Positions 39,790 through 55,737 are shown, counted from the stretch's first letter. The stretch: 64,000 nucleotides of DNA from Cyanophora paradoxa CCMP329 (GCA_004431415.1 QPMI01000038.1:186001-250000), one strand, 5' to 3'. The notes: generated by a model from the sequence alone, not told the origin. Numbers and translations are program-made.

Positions 39790-40050
39790 TCCACGACCCG
39801 TTCGAGGGGACGGGCGCAAGAGGGGACGGGATGCGCCGCCGCCGTCCCCGCCCCGCCCCGCCCCGCCCCGCCCCGCCCCGCCCCGGCGCCGCCGCCGCCG
39901 CCGCCGCAAACGCCCGGCCCGGCCCGCCCGGCCCTCCTCCCCCCCCTCATCCTCGTCGTCCTCGTCCGAGGAGGACAAGAACTCGCCCAAGAGCGCCAAG
40001 AGCGGGCGCAGCGGAGCCAGTGGGGTGCGCCGCCGCCGCCCCACCGCTCG
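39790..40050 (+). pseudogene. Displaced, inverted fragments of the TMEM237-like gene
   Basis: ~39945-40050 matches the minus strand of ~48330-48435 (SSSSSEEDKNSPKSAKSGRSGASG plus donor GTGCGC). ~39794-39816 ACGACCCGTTCGAGGGGACGGGCGC matches the minus strand of ~48055-48078. Confidence 0.8.
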
Positions 40051-40660
40051 CTGTCAGAGTCTCCATGGAACGTTAACCTGTGTTGCGATGCGGGCGCGCT
40101 CTGCTGAACGCTGTGTATACGTATACGTACGTGTGCTGCGTTCAGGCGAAAAATCCCGCGCACGAACAAGTACCCCCCCTTATTCGGAACAACTCGTACT
40201 ATATAGCTAGTGACAGTGACCGTCGGATATACCGGACGGCCGCGCGCGGGCGCCGCCGCCGCCGCGCCGGCCGCGCCCGGCGGCCGCAGCCCGCGACGAG
40301 TCGACGTCTCAGCTCGTGACTCTCATCACTGAGTCACACGGACTCTCCGAGGCTCGTGCCAATCACACTCATTGTCACAAAGTTGTCAGAACTTGTCACA
40401 GTGTGCTCCGCTTGGCGCGACTCTGTAAAATTCAACGCGTACGCGACTGACACTAGTGCTGCCGATACAAAAAGAAGAGCTGGATAGTCTATTCAAAGAA
40501 TAGATAGACGGACTCAACGGGGGCGCTGGCGGGCGAGCCGCCGGTCCCCCTCACTGAAAAGAGGGGCGCAAGAAGGCCGAGGGGAGCGGCGCGGAGAGAG
40601 GAAAGAAGGCTAGGGCGTCCCGGGAGGGAGGGGAGTTGGGCGGGGGGTTGGGCGGGGCGC

Positions 40661-44034
<3,374 letters not shown>

Positions 44035-44402
44035 CTTGGGAGGGCCGCCTGAGCTGCTGCCTCGGCTGCCTGGCTCCTCTGCTGAGTTGCTCGCCCTCTA
44101 GAGAGCAGCAACTGCAGCTACTGGGCAACGCCTGCGGCCGAAGAAGCTAAGCTCCGGACGGGCTCAGATTCGCCACGCCCGTCACGAGGGGGACCAGGGC
44201 TCTGCAGTATGGAATTTCTACAGCTTTAGCTTCCGACTGCACACGCGGGGCAGCTGGGCAGTTCGCCGGTGCAGCTCCGGAATTGGGGCGTCAGGAAATA
44301 CGATACCCTCGGCGTCAACACGGCCAAAATGCAACGAGAACGAGCGCCAAGACACGGCCGGCGCACAAGCGCTAGCTAGCGCCGCAGCACCGCGCCGAAG
44401 CG

Positions 44403-46642
44403 ATGTGGAGGACGAAGTGGAAGGCAGGCGATGCGGCTGGCGAGCCCAGCGGCGACGAAACGCGTTCGCTTTCGCTGCCAGCGGCTCCGGCGGCCACTCC
44501 GACTACTGCGGTTCGCACACGATCTCGTCGATATGGGCCGGCTACGCTCTGACCGGACCGCTGTGCTGGCCGCGCAGGAATATTAATCGCCGCTCCTCGC
44601 CCTGCCGGACGCGCTGCTGCTTCACATCATCCGCCTGGCGTGCGCTTGCGAAGATGACGGCAGCGACGAGCCGTTCTGCTGCGGTCGAATGGAGGCGAAG
44701 CTGCGCGCCATCGACGCGAGCTCAGCCGCTCCGCCCGAGCGGGAATCGATATCGGCGCTGTGGATCGATCTGCGGCGGCTGTGCCGCCTGCGGAGAGTGT
44801 GCCGGCGGCTCGCGGAGCTGGTGGAGTCAGGCGGCGCGGCGCCGAGAGCGCGGCTAGAGCTGCAGCTCTCCTCCGATTCCTTCGAGTCCAGCGGCAGCGC
44901 ACACGAGCAGCTGGACCGCGTGTGCGCGGGCGCGGCGCGCGTGGGCGGCATCGAGGAGCTCGATCTGAACCTTTGGGCCGCGGTCTGTGCCCTTCCAGCT
45001 CGTCCTCCTTGCTTTTAAATATATCTAACGACGCGCCTCTGCAACTGCAGGGCAACCAGGACCAAAACCTCCCCGCTTTCTCCCTGGCGCCGCTCGCCCG
45101 CCTCCGCTCGCTGCGCGCCCTGCGCGTGGGCTCGGAAGTCCGACCCCTTTGGTTCTACGGCACTCTGGCGCCCGAGCACGTCGCCGCGCTGACCGACCTC
45201 CCCCGCCTCGCCCGCCTCGACTTTCGGGGCGACGCCACCTCAATCCGCGACCTGTCGAACGGCTTCTCGCTCAGCCCGGCGGCCCTCGCGGCCCTCTCGC
45301 CGCTCCCCCTCGCCGCGCTCCGGGCGAACGTCCTCTTGGACGAGAGCAGCGAGGGCTCAAGCGTCGACAGCAGCGAGGGCGGCGAGATCGACGACGGAGG
45401 CGTTGGAGATGGAGGCAAGGCGGCCCGTGAGCTCCTCCGCGCGCTCTCGGGCGTCGCCGCGGCCTTCCCGGCGCTCCAGCGGCTTCTTCTTTATGGGGAT
45501 TTCTACTGCGGCCTGGACGATTTCCTCGCGGCCCTTGCCCCGCTCAAGTCCCTCCAGAGTGCGCTCTAGCAGAGCGCCTCCAAGCCACAGGAGGTCTTGA
45601 CGCCGTCGAACTTCCGCGCAGCTCTCGAGCTCTGCTCGACTCAGTACTGCGGCCTCTCGAGCCTCGCGCCGCTCGCCTCCTTTCCCCGGCTGGAGCACCT
45701 CGCGCTGGACATGTTCCTCTCGGACGGAATCGATCTCCGCCCCATCTCCTCGCTGACCTCCCTCCGATGTGCGCGCCCGCCCCGCATCAATCTGCGCCCC
45801 TACTCTCTGACTGGCCATGGGGTTCGGTGCACAGCGCTCGATCTTGGCCCAGGATCCTCTGAATTGACTGGGGATGTGTCTGGGGGGAATCTTTCCGTCC
45901 TCGAGCCGCTCACCCGCCTGGAAGCAGTCCGTCTCCACATCGGCTTGAACGGCTCGACATTCGACCCCTCCAGGCTCCTCTTCCTCGCGCCCCGCATCCG
46001 CTGTCTCCATTTCTCCGCTGTCCGCATGACCGTCGCCCTGATTGACGCCCTCCTGCGCTTCCCCGCCCTTCAGGCGAGGCCGCCCCGCCGCCGCCGTCCC
46101 AGCTGCCCGCGCCCCCCTGACCGCCTCCGCAGGACATCACTCTCGGTCTTCGTGAATCTGAATGCTCGGAGGCGCTCTCTGGACGTTCGCTGTCCCCGTG
46201 GGGCAGCGTGCGGGCCCTCGCGTTCTCCAACAGCGGTGTGCGGGCCTGCATACCACTCTCGGCCGCGGTTCTCTCGGTGTGCCGCGGCACCCTATGCGTG
46301 AGACGCGGTCCCTCACGCCGCGGGTCACGCGAGCGCAGGGCATCGCGTACGACATGACGGGCCTGCGGGAGCTCTCCGTGGGCGGGGGCGTGCAGCTGCC
46401 CCTTCCGCTGCCCGCCGGCGCCGGCGCCGCCCTCCGCGGCCGCCTCCGCCGCCTGCGGGCGCGCGTCGTGGACGAGAAAGCCGACGCGGCGACGCAGTCC
46501 GAGCAGCGCGCCCTGCAGGCCGTGCGCCCCGGCCCGGGCCCCGGGCCCCTCGCCGCGTTCTGACCCGCCGGACCGGCGGCATGCGCAGGAGCTGGAGCGC
46601 GCCGTCGGCGTCAGAGTCGAAGCCCCAAAGGGCTTCCGATAG
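44403..46642 (+). CDS. F-box/LRR-like protein; in-frame TAA at 44584-44586 suggests pseudogene or sequence error
   Basis: F-box-like LLALPDALLLHIIRL; LRRs LRSLRALRV, LPRLARLDF, FPRLEHLAL, LTRLEAVRL; canonical short introns. Confidence 0.7.
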
Positions 46643-46787
46643 CCCCGCAGCTAAGCCTTCCGATAGATAGTCTCTAGTATCTCCACGAGCGTTGAATCCG
46701 TGAAGCGGAATAGGGATAGATAGCAATTGCACATTGAATCGAGCTCGAGCAAGGGCAGGCCGCTGCAGGCCGGCGCCGGGGCGGGGG

Positions 46788-49684
46788 CTAGACAATGCCC
46801 GGGGCGGAGATGGCGACGACGGGGCGGCCCGGGAGGGAGGCGGCGCGGCCGGCGCCGCGGGCGGCCTGGGCGCGCTCCTGCTGCGCCTGCGCCTGCACGG
46901 CGGCCTGCGCGTGCAGCAGGTCCGCGATCTCCGCCTGGCTCGGCGGCTTCCCGCCCTCTGCGCCCCCCTAGATAAGCGAGGCTCGCGGGGGCGAGAACAC
47001 GGAGGGGCGGACCGCGGAGCTCGGGGTTGCCGTAGATGAAGAGCGCGCGGTTGGAGAGGTTGAAGAGGTAGGGCCGCATCTCGACGCAGACGAGGAGCCA
47101 GGCCGCCAGGCAGCACGCCACCCGCGCGATCGTCAGCCCGTGCCACGCGCTCAGCGTCTTGTTGAAGTCCGCGTCCGGCGCCTCCAGCTCGTACCTGAGC
47201 AGCGCCCACCTCAGCCTCGCGAGGGCGGCGGCCCGGCCCGGGCCCCGGGGGCGCGCGCCAGCGGGGCACGCGGTCGTTGGCGTAGTAGAAGAGGTCGTCG
47301 GCCGGCGTGTTCAGCACGCAGAAGAGGACGCAGAGGACGTACACTGCGCATGCGCGGGCGGGGAGCGCTCAGAGGGGGTACGCGGAGGGCACGATAAGGG
47401 GGGGGGGTACGGCGCGCACGGCCGATGAGGGAGGCGTCGGAGATGCGGAGGTAGGGCCGGTGGTACCTGGACGGCCGAGCCTGTTAGAAAAGAGAGATCG
47501 AATCAGATGCGAGCGGAGCTGTCACCAGTTGGCCATCTTGTCCTTGGCGAACTTGTCGACGGCGGCGGCGAGGCAGATGGTGGCGAGGCAGAGGTTGAGG
47601 CGGCCGAGGTGCGGGGCGATGGGGCTGTAGAAGCCGAGGAAGGGGACCCAGCCGGCGACCGCGTAGTTCAGGAAGAGCTGCAGGATCGAGATGCCGGCGA
47701 AGAGGCCCTGGCAGAACACGAAGAAGACCGACGTCACCTCCGCCACCGTCTGCGGTACGGCTGAGCTGGGGGTGGGGGAGAAGGAGAGGGGTACCGGCGC
47801 GCACGTCCATGAAGGCCTTGTAGGAGCCGACGACGTCGGCGGCGAGCTCCTCGGCGAGCTCGCGCTGCCGCGTGCGGCCCGCCTCCAGCTCCGCCCGCAG
47901 CCGCTCCGCAGTCACCTGGCGCCCGCGACCGTGAGGAGGGGGGGAGGGGGGCGACGCCCGGGCGGGGTACGCGGGGGGACCTTCTTGAAGGTGCCCGTCG
48001 TGGCGTTCTCGATGAAGAGGCGGTCGCGGACGGGGGGCGGCGCCGAGGGCGTCGCGCCCGTCCCCTCGAACGGGTCGTTGCCCATGACGGCGTCCCCGTC
48101 CCGCTCCTTCGCGTAGTCGTCCGACTCCAGGCCCTCCTCCGGGTCCTCCGGCACCCCGGGGATGCTCCTGCGCCGCCCGCGTGAGCCGAGGGGGGAAGGG
48201 AGGGCGGGAGGGGCCGGCCGGCGGCGCACATGGCCGCCCGCTTCTTTTTGTGGTGCTTCTTCTTTCTCCTCCGCGAGCCGTCCGACTTGGTCTGCGGGGC
48301 GGGGCGTCGGGGCAGGGCGGGGCAGGCCGGGCGGTGGGGCGGCGGCGGCGCACCCCGCTGGCGCCGCTGCGCCCGCTCTTGGCGCTCTTGGGCGAGTCCT
48401 TGTCATCCTCGGACGAGGACGACGATGAGGAGGAGGACGAGGAGCCTTCCTTCTTCTTTTTCTTCTTCTTCCTCCGCTCCTTCTTGTCCTTCTCCTTCTT
48501 CTCGTCGCCCGAGGCGCCCTTGTAGATCCCGTCGTCCTCTTCCGGGGGCGACTTGGCCGCCTCCTCGCCCTCGCCCTCCTTCCCCTTCCGCCTGGATCGC
48601 TCCCGCCGGACCTTCGGCTTGCCAGGCGTCCCGTCGTCCGCCTTCTCCTTGCCCTTCGAGGGCTTGGCCGGCGACTTAGGCTCCTCGGGCTCCTTCTCCG
48701 GGGCCCGCGGGGCCGGCGAGGGCGTCCGCGTCCGCGACCTCGCGGCCGGCGCGGCCTCGGGCGGCGTGCTCGGGTCCGCCCCGAGGCCCGTGCCCGCCGC
48801 CGCGTCCGCCCCCGTGGGCGTCGTGTCGCCCTCCACCGACTTGCGCCTCCGGACCTCCTTCCGCTCCTTCATGCCGCCCTCCTTCGGGATGCCCTCGATG
48901 GGCGGCACGCTCGGCGGCGGCTTCCGGAACCGCTTCTTCGGCGCGTCTCCGGCGACGCCCGTACCGGCAGCATCCGCCTCCGCCGGCGGCTGCGCGGGCT
49001 GCTCGTCCTGCTTCGCCCGCTGCGCCGCCGCCCGGTGCTCTGACGCCTCCTTCCGCAGCCGCTCGCGCTCCGCTATCGCATCGTCGAAGGAGCTCTCGTA
49101 GTCCTTCGGCGGCGACAGCGGCGTGCCCGCCGGCGAGCTCTTGCCTGCCCGCGGCGGTTAGCGGGGAATACGTGTCGCGCTCCCAGTGAGATCCGGACCT
49201 GTCGACGAGGGGCCGGGCTGAGGCCCGCTGGGGCCAGCGCCGATTGGATCTAGCTTAGACTTGCCTCCTAGCGGCGGCAGCGCTCCGCCTGGGTGGCGCA
49301 GTGAGCATACGAGGCCGGGGCGATTTGAATCCTAGCTGCGCAGACGGACCTACGGGTCGCAGTGGCCGCGCTGGTATGCTGAGTGGAGGAAGTCTGATAG
49401 AGCGCAGAAGCGGCGTCAGCATCCGCGCGGGCTCCTAAGTGCTTAAGCGTCTGCAGGTCCAGCGCACCCCCGCGAGCCAGCTCCGCCAGACAGAGTGCCC
49501 AGCGAGGCTGGAGATGCTGAAGAGCTTATTCCAGATTCGCCCTGCGCGCGCGAGGACGCCTCTGAGGGCGCCAGCAGGAAGGAGCGGCAGTTCAAATGAG
49601 GCGGACCTCCTCGCCGATCGGGGCTAGAATCTTGGTCGTGAATGGGTTGTGGCCGCCCGAAGACGGTCCTGGCGACGGGTCCAT
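46788..49684 (-). CDS. TMEM237: TMEM237-like ciliary transition-zone protein
   Basis: Long charged disordered N-terminus, RLFIEN motif, then four TMs: VFCQGLFAGISI..FLGFYSPIA..LATICLAAAVDKF..LYVLCVLF..DDLFYY..LSAWHGLTIARVACCLAAWLLV. This parallels TMEM237 as I recall it (FCHGFLAG..FDR..Y..SD..W..W). Confidence 0.78.
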
Positions 49685-49829
49685 GACGCGCTGCCCGGCT
49701 GCTGCTTGAGCAGCGCTTCTGTCCACGTACCCGGCCCCACCTTACCCCCCGGTCAGAAAACTTGATCCGGCCCGCACCGCTCCAAACGATGGCGTGGAGG
49801 TAGCATCGGCTGCGTTGCGGTTGGAGAGG

Positions 49830-52800
49830 ATGCGCGGAGCGTGGGTGGCGGTCCTGCTCGCTGCGGCGCTCCTCGCCTCCGCGGCGAGCCCGGGCTCAGC
49901 AGAGCGCAGGGCAGAGCGCGAAGCCGGTGATGCTAAGCTGACCAGCAGCCGCCGGCTCGTTGCCGAGGCGACGCAGCAGCCAGCGCCGGCGGAGGCCTGC
50001 ACGGCGCCGCGCGAGGTCCTGGAGCGGTCGAAGGCGTCTCTTTCCAGCTCGGACGTGCACGTGTACAGCTTGCACGTCAAGCCGGGGACGGCTCGCCTCT
50101 CCATCGCGCTCACGGCGCTGGAGGGCGGGAAGCCGTACGCGCGCGTGCGCTTGTGCGTGCCGCCCGCGGCTTCCCGGCCAGAGCAATCGGATGCATACTG
50201 ATCGGGCGTGACAGCGGCGGTATCCCGGCCCCAGCGTCGCAGGTGCGGCCCACGTCTGGCTTCACGCAGCAGGCCGCGCCGGTCGCTCTGGTGCAAGGCG
50301 AGGCGCGCCTGGACTGGCCGAGGGAGGGACAGTGGTGGGAACTTGAACTCGGGCCACACCCGTCGCCGCTGCCTGCGGGCCCACTCCGCGCGCGCAGGCT
50401 GGTCACCGTGAGCTACGAGAAGGAGTGGGACAAGTTCAACGCGCACCAGGCGCGCCCGCCGCGCCTCAGGAAGCCTCTCGCGCGCACTCACTCTGCCCGC
50501 AGTGGATCGCGCCGGGCGACGCTGGGCGGTACGAGCTGCGCGTCGAGGCGCTGGGTGCGCCGCCAGTTCCAAAGCCCCGCCCCGCCCCACCCTCCACTCC
50601 CCTCGCGTTGACAGGCGGGTGCTCAGTGTGCGGCGAGGGCTTCGGCGGCGACTGCAACTGTTCGACGCGTGCGCAGCCTGCGGCTACCTCTCGGCCAGGC
50701 CCGCCGCCCCTGAGCCCGCCGCAGCCATCCACGACCTCGCGCCGGGCGCCCCCGTACCCCTGCCCGACGGGGTACCCGCGTCCCTCTTCCGCGCCGCAGT
50801 GCCCCCGGATCCCCTCGAGCGCCTCAGCGTCCGCATCGCGTGCGCTCAGATTGGATTTGATTCCATTCGATCTCCGCGCCGGCTCCGCCTCGGATCAACG
50901 CTGACCTCACCCCGCGCAGGCCGGCCACCCCGGGGTCCTTCATCGCGTCCCTCCGCGCCCCAACCGCCCCTTCCGCCCTCCCCGCGTCCGCTTCCGAGGC
51001 CGTCGTACCCCGGCCCGAGGGCGGTCGCGCCCTCTACTTCGCCGCTGGCGCGGGCCCCGCCGCGGGGCCGGGGCCGGGGCCGGGGCCGGGGCCGGGCCGC
51101 CCCCGCCCTGAGCCTGGAGTGGCCGCGCTGCCCGCCGGGCTTTGCCGGCGCCGCCTGCGCGGCTCGGCTGCTGCCTCTGGCGGAGGGCGAGCCGGCGCGG
51201 GCGGAGGCGCCCGGGGGCGGGGCGCTCCTCCTGCGGGCGGAGGTGGCGCCGGCCTCCGTCGGCTTCGCGCTGCGCCTCACGCTCCTCCTCGCGGGGGCCG
51301 ACCCGCCCTCCCTCGCCGTCGCCGCCCGCTCCGGCGGCCTGCCCCCGGCCGGTCCCCTCCCCGGTCCGCCATTTCTCCCCGCTCCTTGCCTACCTTGACG
51401 GCGCCACGCGCAGCGGACGTCGCCGCCGCCGCGTCCTCCTCCTCCTCCTCCTCCGCTGATCCCGCAGCCTCCGGTGCAGCGGCTACCCCTCTCTCCTTTG
51501 TACCCCTCCGCAACCCTGACGCGCCCCTGCCCGCCCGGGCGGCAGGCCTGGAGGCGCTGGACCTCGCCCCCCTCGAGTTCGCCGCCGCCGGCCCCGCCGC
51601 CACCCGCGCCGGGGCCGACCTGACCTGGTGCCCCCCGCGCCGCGCCTGCTTCGAGGTCCGCGACGACGCACCCCCCGCCCCTCCTCGCTCCCTGCCCACG
51701 CGCTTGCAGATCCCGTACCCCCCCTCGGGCCCCCTCTACGTGCTCGTCGCGGCGAACGCGAGCGGCGCGGCGCCCAACGCGACCTGGTCCCTCGAGGCAC
51801 GCCTCGCCCGGGGGGGTACGACGCGCTTTTCCCGACCCGTGGCCGCCCTCCGCCATCCCACGCCCCCCGCAGGCTGCCCGCGGGCGTGCGGCGGCCGGGG
51901 CGCCTGCGAGGCCCGCCCGGGGGCCTCCCGCGGACTCCTCTGGGAGGCCTGCGCCTGCCCCCGCCCCTGGGCCGGCCCCGACTGCTCCCGCGGTGCCTGT
52001 ACCCCCGGCCCCCAGTCCCCCGGCCCCTCACGCCGCGCCCCGCCTCCGCAGCGGCGCGGTCGCCGGCCCTGCACGCCCTCCAGGCGCTCCTCCTGACCGC
52101 GACGAACGCCGCCATCGTCCCCGCCGTCCTCGCCGCCCGCCGCGCCAGCCTCCCCCTCGAGGTCCGAGCCCGCATCCCATCCCAGAGCCGCGCGGGAGCT
52201 CGACCGAGCCGCCTCGCCCCGGCAGGCGGCGGTGTTCGGGGCGACGGGGGCGGCGTCTGCGGTGTACCACCTGTGCGACGCGGACCTGGCGTGCCTGGGG
52301 CTCCCCTACGGGCCCCTCCAGCTCGCCGACTTCCTCCTCTCCACCTTCGACTTCGCTCTGGCCGTGTCCCTCCTCCCCGGCCTCCCCCCCAAACCCGGCG
52401 CCGGCGCCCGGCCGCACCTCCAGATCCTCCTCCTCCTCGCCCTCGTCCTCGCCGTCTCCGCCGACCGGCGCGCGCTCGTACCCCCTCCCCCCTTGGCCCC
52501 TTCGTTCGCGCCTGACTGTCGGCGCCGCGCAGCTTCGGGCCGTGGCCGATGCTGGTGGGGATCGTGCCGGCGGCGCTGGGCGCGGCGTGGCGGGCGCTGC
52601 GGGAGCCGTGGCGTTCGCGGGCGCTGCTGGGGCAGCCGGGGCCCCGCCGGAGCCTCCTCGCCGCCCTCGCCCTCGCCGCCTCCGCCTTCGGAGTCCTCCC
52701 CCTCCAGGCCCGCCCCCGCCCCGCCCCTCGCCCGGCCCCTCCAAAGCTCCGCTTAGCGCGCCGCTCGCGCCGCGCAGAGGGACGGGAGCTACTGGCTGCT

Positions 52801-52984
52801 GCACTCGTGGTGGCACGTCGCCGTCATGCTGGTCCCCTACCACGTCATCCGCGCCGCCGCCGCCCTCCGCCCGCCCGACGGCCCCGCCCCGGACCCCGAG
52901 GCTGCCCTGGGGCCCGGGCCCGAGGCCGAAGCCGAGGGCGAGCTCGAGGCGCGCCTGCCCCTCGTCCCGGGCCCCCGGGCCTAG
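49830..52984 (+). CDS. TMEM8/PGAP6-family protein (EGF-like domain plus CREST 7-TM domain)
   Basis: Signal MRGAWVAVLLAAALLASAAS; EGF-like CPRACGGRGAC..CACPRPWAGPDC; LLLTATNAAIVPA, SAVYHLCD, LQLADF, YWLLHSWWHV. Confidence 0.92.
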
Positions 52985-53083
52985 GCACCGGCACCCCCTG
53001 TACCCCCCTCTCCCCCTCGAGCTCTCTGCCGCGAGCAGCCGTATCGCAAATCTCCGAACTTTCGTAGACGCCTGCCTCATGCA
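52418..53083. repeat. Direct repeat copy 1 (~660 bp; last exons and 3' flank of the TMEM8-like gene)
   Basis: Near-identical to 55769-56423 including introns; ends GTAGACGCCT(G/A)CCTCATGCA. Confidence 0.95.
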
Positions 53084-53788
53084 TGATAGGGAGGTCTTCG
53101 ACGCGGGTTCTTCGGGTCCTGGAGGACTGCCACTGCTGGCTGCGGCCGCCGGCGTCCTGTTTGAGGCGTCTTCGACGCTGTCTCGAGCTTCCGCGTTGTC
53201 TCGAGCTGCGACGCTGTCAACGTCTCGAGCTGCGACGCTGTCTGGAGCGCCCACGCTGTCTGGAGCGCCCACGCTGTCGCGGTCGGCCAATGCGCCCCGC
53301 CAACCGCACGCAATGAACGGGCAGCTGCGGGGAGGATATGAGACTTCTGCGCGCCTAAGACTTCTGCGTGGGAGGATATGCGATTCAGCCAGACGACAGC
53401 GCGCGCACGGAGTGCGGAGATTGTTCACGAGGCGGGCACGGAACGCGGAGCGACCGATGCGCATGCGATCCTGCAGCTGGTCGACAATCTCTCGGCACAC
53501 GGGGCAGTCCACACGCCTTTCGTCTGAGGCAGTCCATGCGTGACAAAGTGCGTGATCGTCTGAGCACTGGAGCGAAGTCTGCGCGGGCGCGCGGGCAGTC
53601 AGATACGTATACGTATATATACGCAGACTCAATACGCACAGTTCGAAGACATACGCATCGGATCACGCATGACGCACGCGCAAACCGGGCAAATAAGCTG
53701 CAATGACTCGGCCCGCGCCAACTCTCCATCGTCGAAGATCTCCGAATTCGAAGGCCAGCCGCGAGGCTCCGTCTGGTGCACCGTCGCA
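53084..53788 (-). pseudogene. Degenerate inverted paralogue of the adjacent RING/TRAF gene
   Basis: GWPSNSEIFDDGELARAESLQLICPVCACVMRDP|TSLQCSDDHALCHAW..CPVCRE..RSAFRARLV..CGWRGAL. No ATG (runs into poly-C), donor reads AT instead of GT at 53658, one RING Cys lost, 18-bp repeats at 53173-53280. Confidence 0.75.

Positions 53789-53844
<56 letters not shown>
53789..53844. repeat. 56-nt poly-G tract at the centre of the inverted gene pair
   Basis: Uninterrupted G run. Confidence 0.9.
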
Positions 53845-53845
<1 letters not shown>

Positions 53846-53860
53846 GGGTAGCGTGCGAAA

Positions 53861-55737
53861 ATGGCATACGGCGGCTGGCCTTCCGAAGTCTTTGACGATG
53901 GGGAAGAGGCGCGGGCTGAGTCGTTGCATCTGGTTTGTCCGATCTGCACGTTCGTCATGCGCGACCCGGTGCACGGCCGCTGATCAGCGCATACATCATG
54001 ATCAGCACGGCCGCTTATCCCCGCTACGCAGGCCTCGCTGGCTTGCTCGAACGATCACGCGCTGTGCTGGACATGCGCCGAGGGCGTCGTACGGGAGTCT
54101 GGCTTCCCGTTTCAGTACGAATACCAGCGTGCCCAGCTGAAGTGCCCGGTCTGCCGCGAGGTCGTCGCCCAAGAACGCATCGTTCGATCTGCCTTCCGCG
54201 CCCGCCTCGTAAGCGATCTGCGCGCTCGGTGCGTCGCCGGCCGGCCCGCCCCGGCCCGCGCGGGCCGCGCGCGCCTCATCATCATTCACGGCCGCCGCCG
54301 CAGCTGTCCATCGCGGGAGCGCGGGTGCGGTTGGCGTGGCGCTTTAGCAAATCTTGAAGCGCACGCGGCGTCGTGCCCCGTCGGCCGGGAGGAAGCGCGG
54401 GCGCGGGCGCTGGAGGCGCGGGTGCAGGCGCTGGAGGCGGAGCTGGGCTGCCTACGAAGGCAGCTTGACGCGGCCGTGAAGAAGAGCGATGAGGATTCAG
54501 GGCGGCTGTGTGCCGCGGAGGAGGCGTGCCAGCGGGCCGAGGCGCGAGCCAGGGAGCTTGACTCCAGGGTGGCGGCGCTTGAGGGGAGGCAGCCAGCGAG
54601 TGAACATGCCGCTTCTGAAGAGCAGCCAGCGAACCAGCCTGCAGCTGCAGCTGTACCTGCACTGGAGACGGCAGTTCCTGAACCTGAACCTGAATCTGAA
54701 CTTCCTCTGTTGGAGGAGATCAACCTGAACCCGCTGCGTTCAAGGCCGGCATTCGCCCCCCGTACGAGTGGTGTGCCCGGTCGCATGTACTGCACCGCTG
54801 TGTGTGCCACTAAACCGCGCGCAGGGTGCGATGCCCGCGTGCAGCAGCTTTCGGATGCTATCTCGCAATTCGTCGCGGTATTACAAATCCCGGTGCGCTA
54901 AAGTTTTTCTCACGCCCCTTCGCGCCTGCTCACTGCACTTCAACGAACGAGAAGGAAAAGTGCGTGATGCGGCTGGAGCTTCAAAGCATGGTGAACTCGC
55001 TTATCGGCATCATCGGACACGGGACGATGTATGGGACCATACGAAGCAATCGCGAGCCATTCCACGTGTGGGACCTCCTCAAAATCTACGCGGAGGGTTC
55101 GCCTCCCTGCCGTGCCCAGCGTCGCATTATGCAGCGCCAGCGCTCACATGTAGAGCATCACGGCGCGCAGAGAACCCGTTGAGGGATAGGGATCTGAAGA
55201 ACCCTCTGCCGACGTACCTGGTTGCGGTTGTGGATGCAGCCGTCAATCGAAACTCCATCACGTTCCGCAGCTTCCGCGCCGGCCAAGACGCCCGCGTCCA
55301 CTCCTTCATCCGCGCGGCCCTCAAGTGCGCACTGCCGCGTGACCAGTACTCTGAATTCGAAGGCAGGAACTGCCTGACGCCCCCACAGCAACAAGATGCT
55401 GCACGCGGCGCTGCGGAAACTCTTCGAGCTGCCAGTTTTGACCATGAGGCTGATGTACGAGGAGGACGCGCCCATCCTGGACCCGGCTACGCAGCAGGGA
55501 GTCCTGGACGCGCTGGAGCCCCTCTCCAGGATCCCCTTCGCCTACCACCTCGACCTCGTCGACCCCGACGTCGTCTTCACTCGAGCTACGAACTTCAGAA
55601 AGGCCCGTCGGCCCGTCCCCGGCCCGTCGGCCCGTCCCCAGCCCGTCCCCGGCCCGTCGGCGGCCTCTCCAGCGACCCCCGCCGCCGCCTCGTCGGGCCA
55701 AGCTGCGGCCTCGTCCTCCCTTCCGAACCCCTCCTGA
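53861..55737 (+). CDS. RING finger + TRAF/SIAH-type Zn finger + coiled coil + RUN domain protein
   Basis: CPICTFVMRDP|..CSNDHALCWTC..CPVCRE; CPSRERGCGWRGALANLEAHAASC; coiled coil. RUN-like blocks SLIGIIGHG, VWDLL, ARVHSFIRAALNNKMLHAALRKL, MYEEDAPILDP, LEPLSRIPF. Confidence 0.82.
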
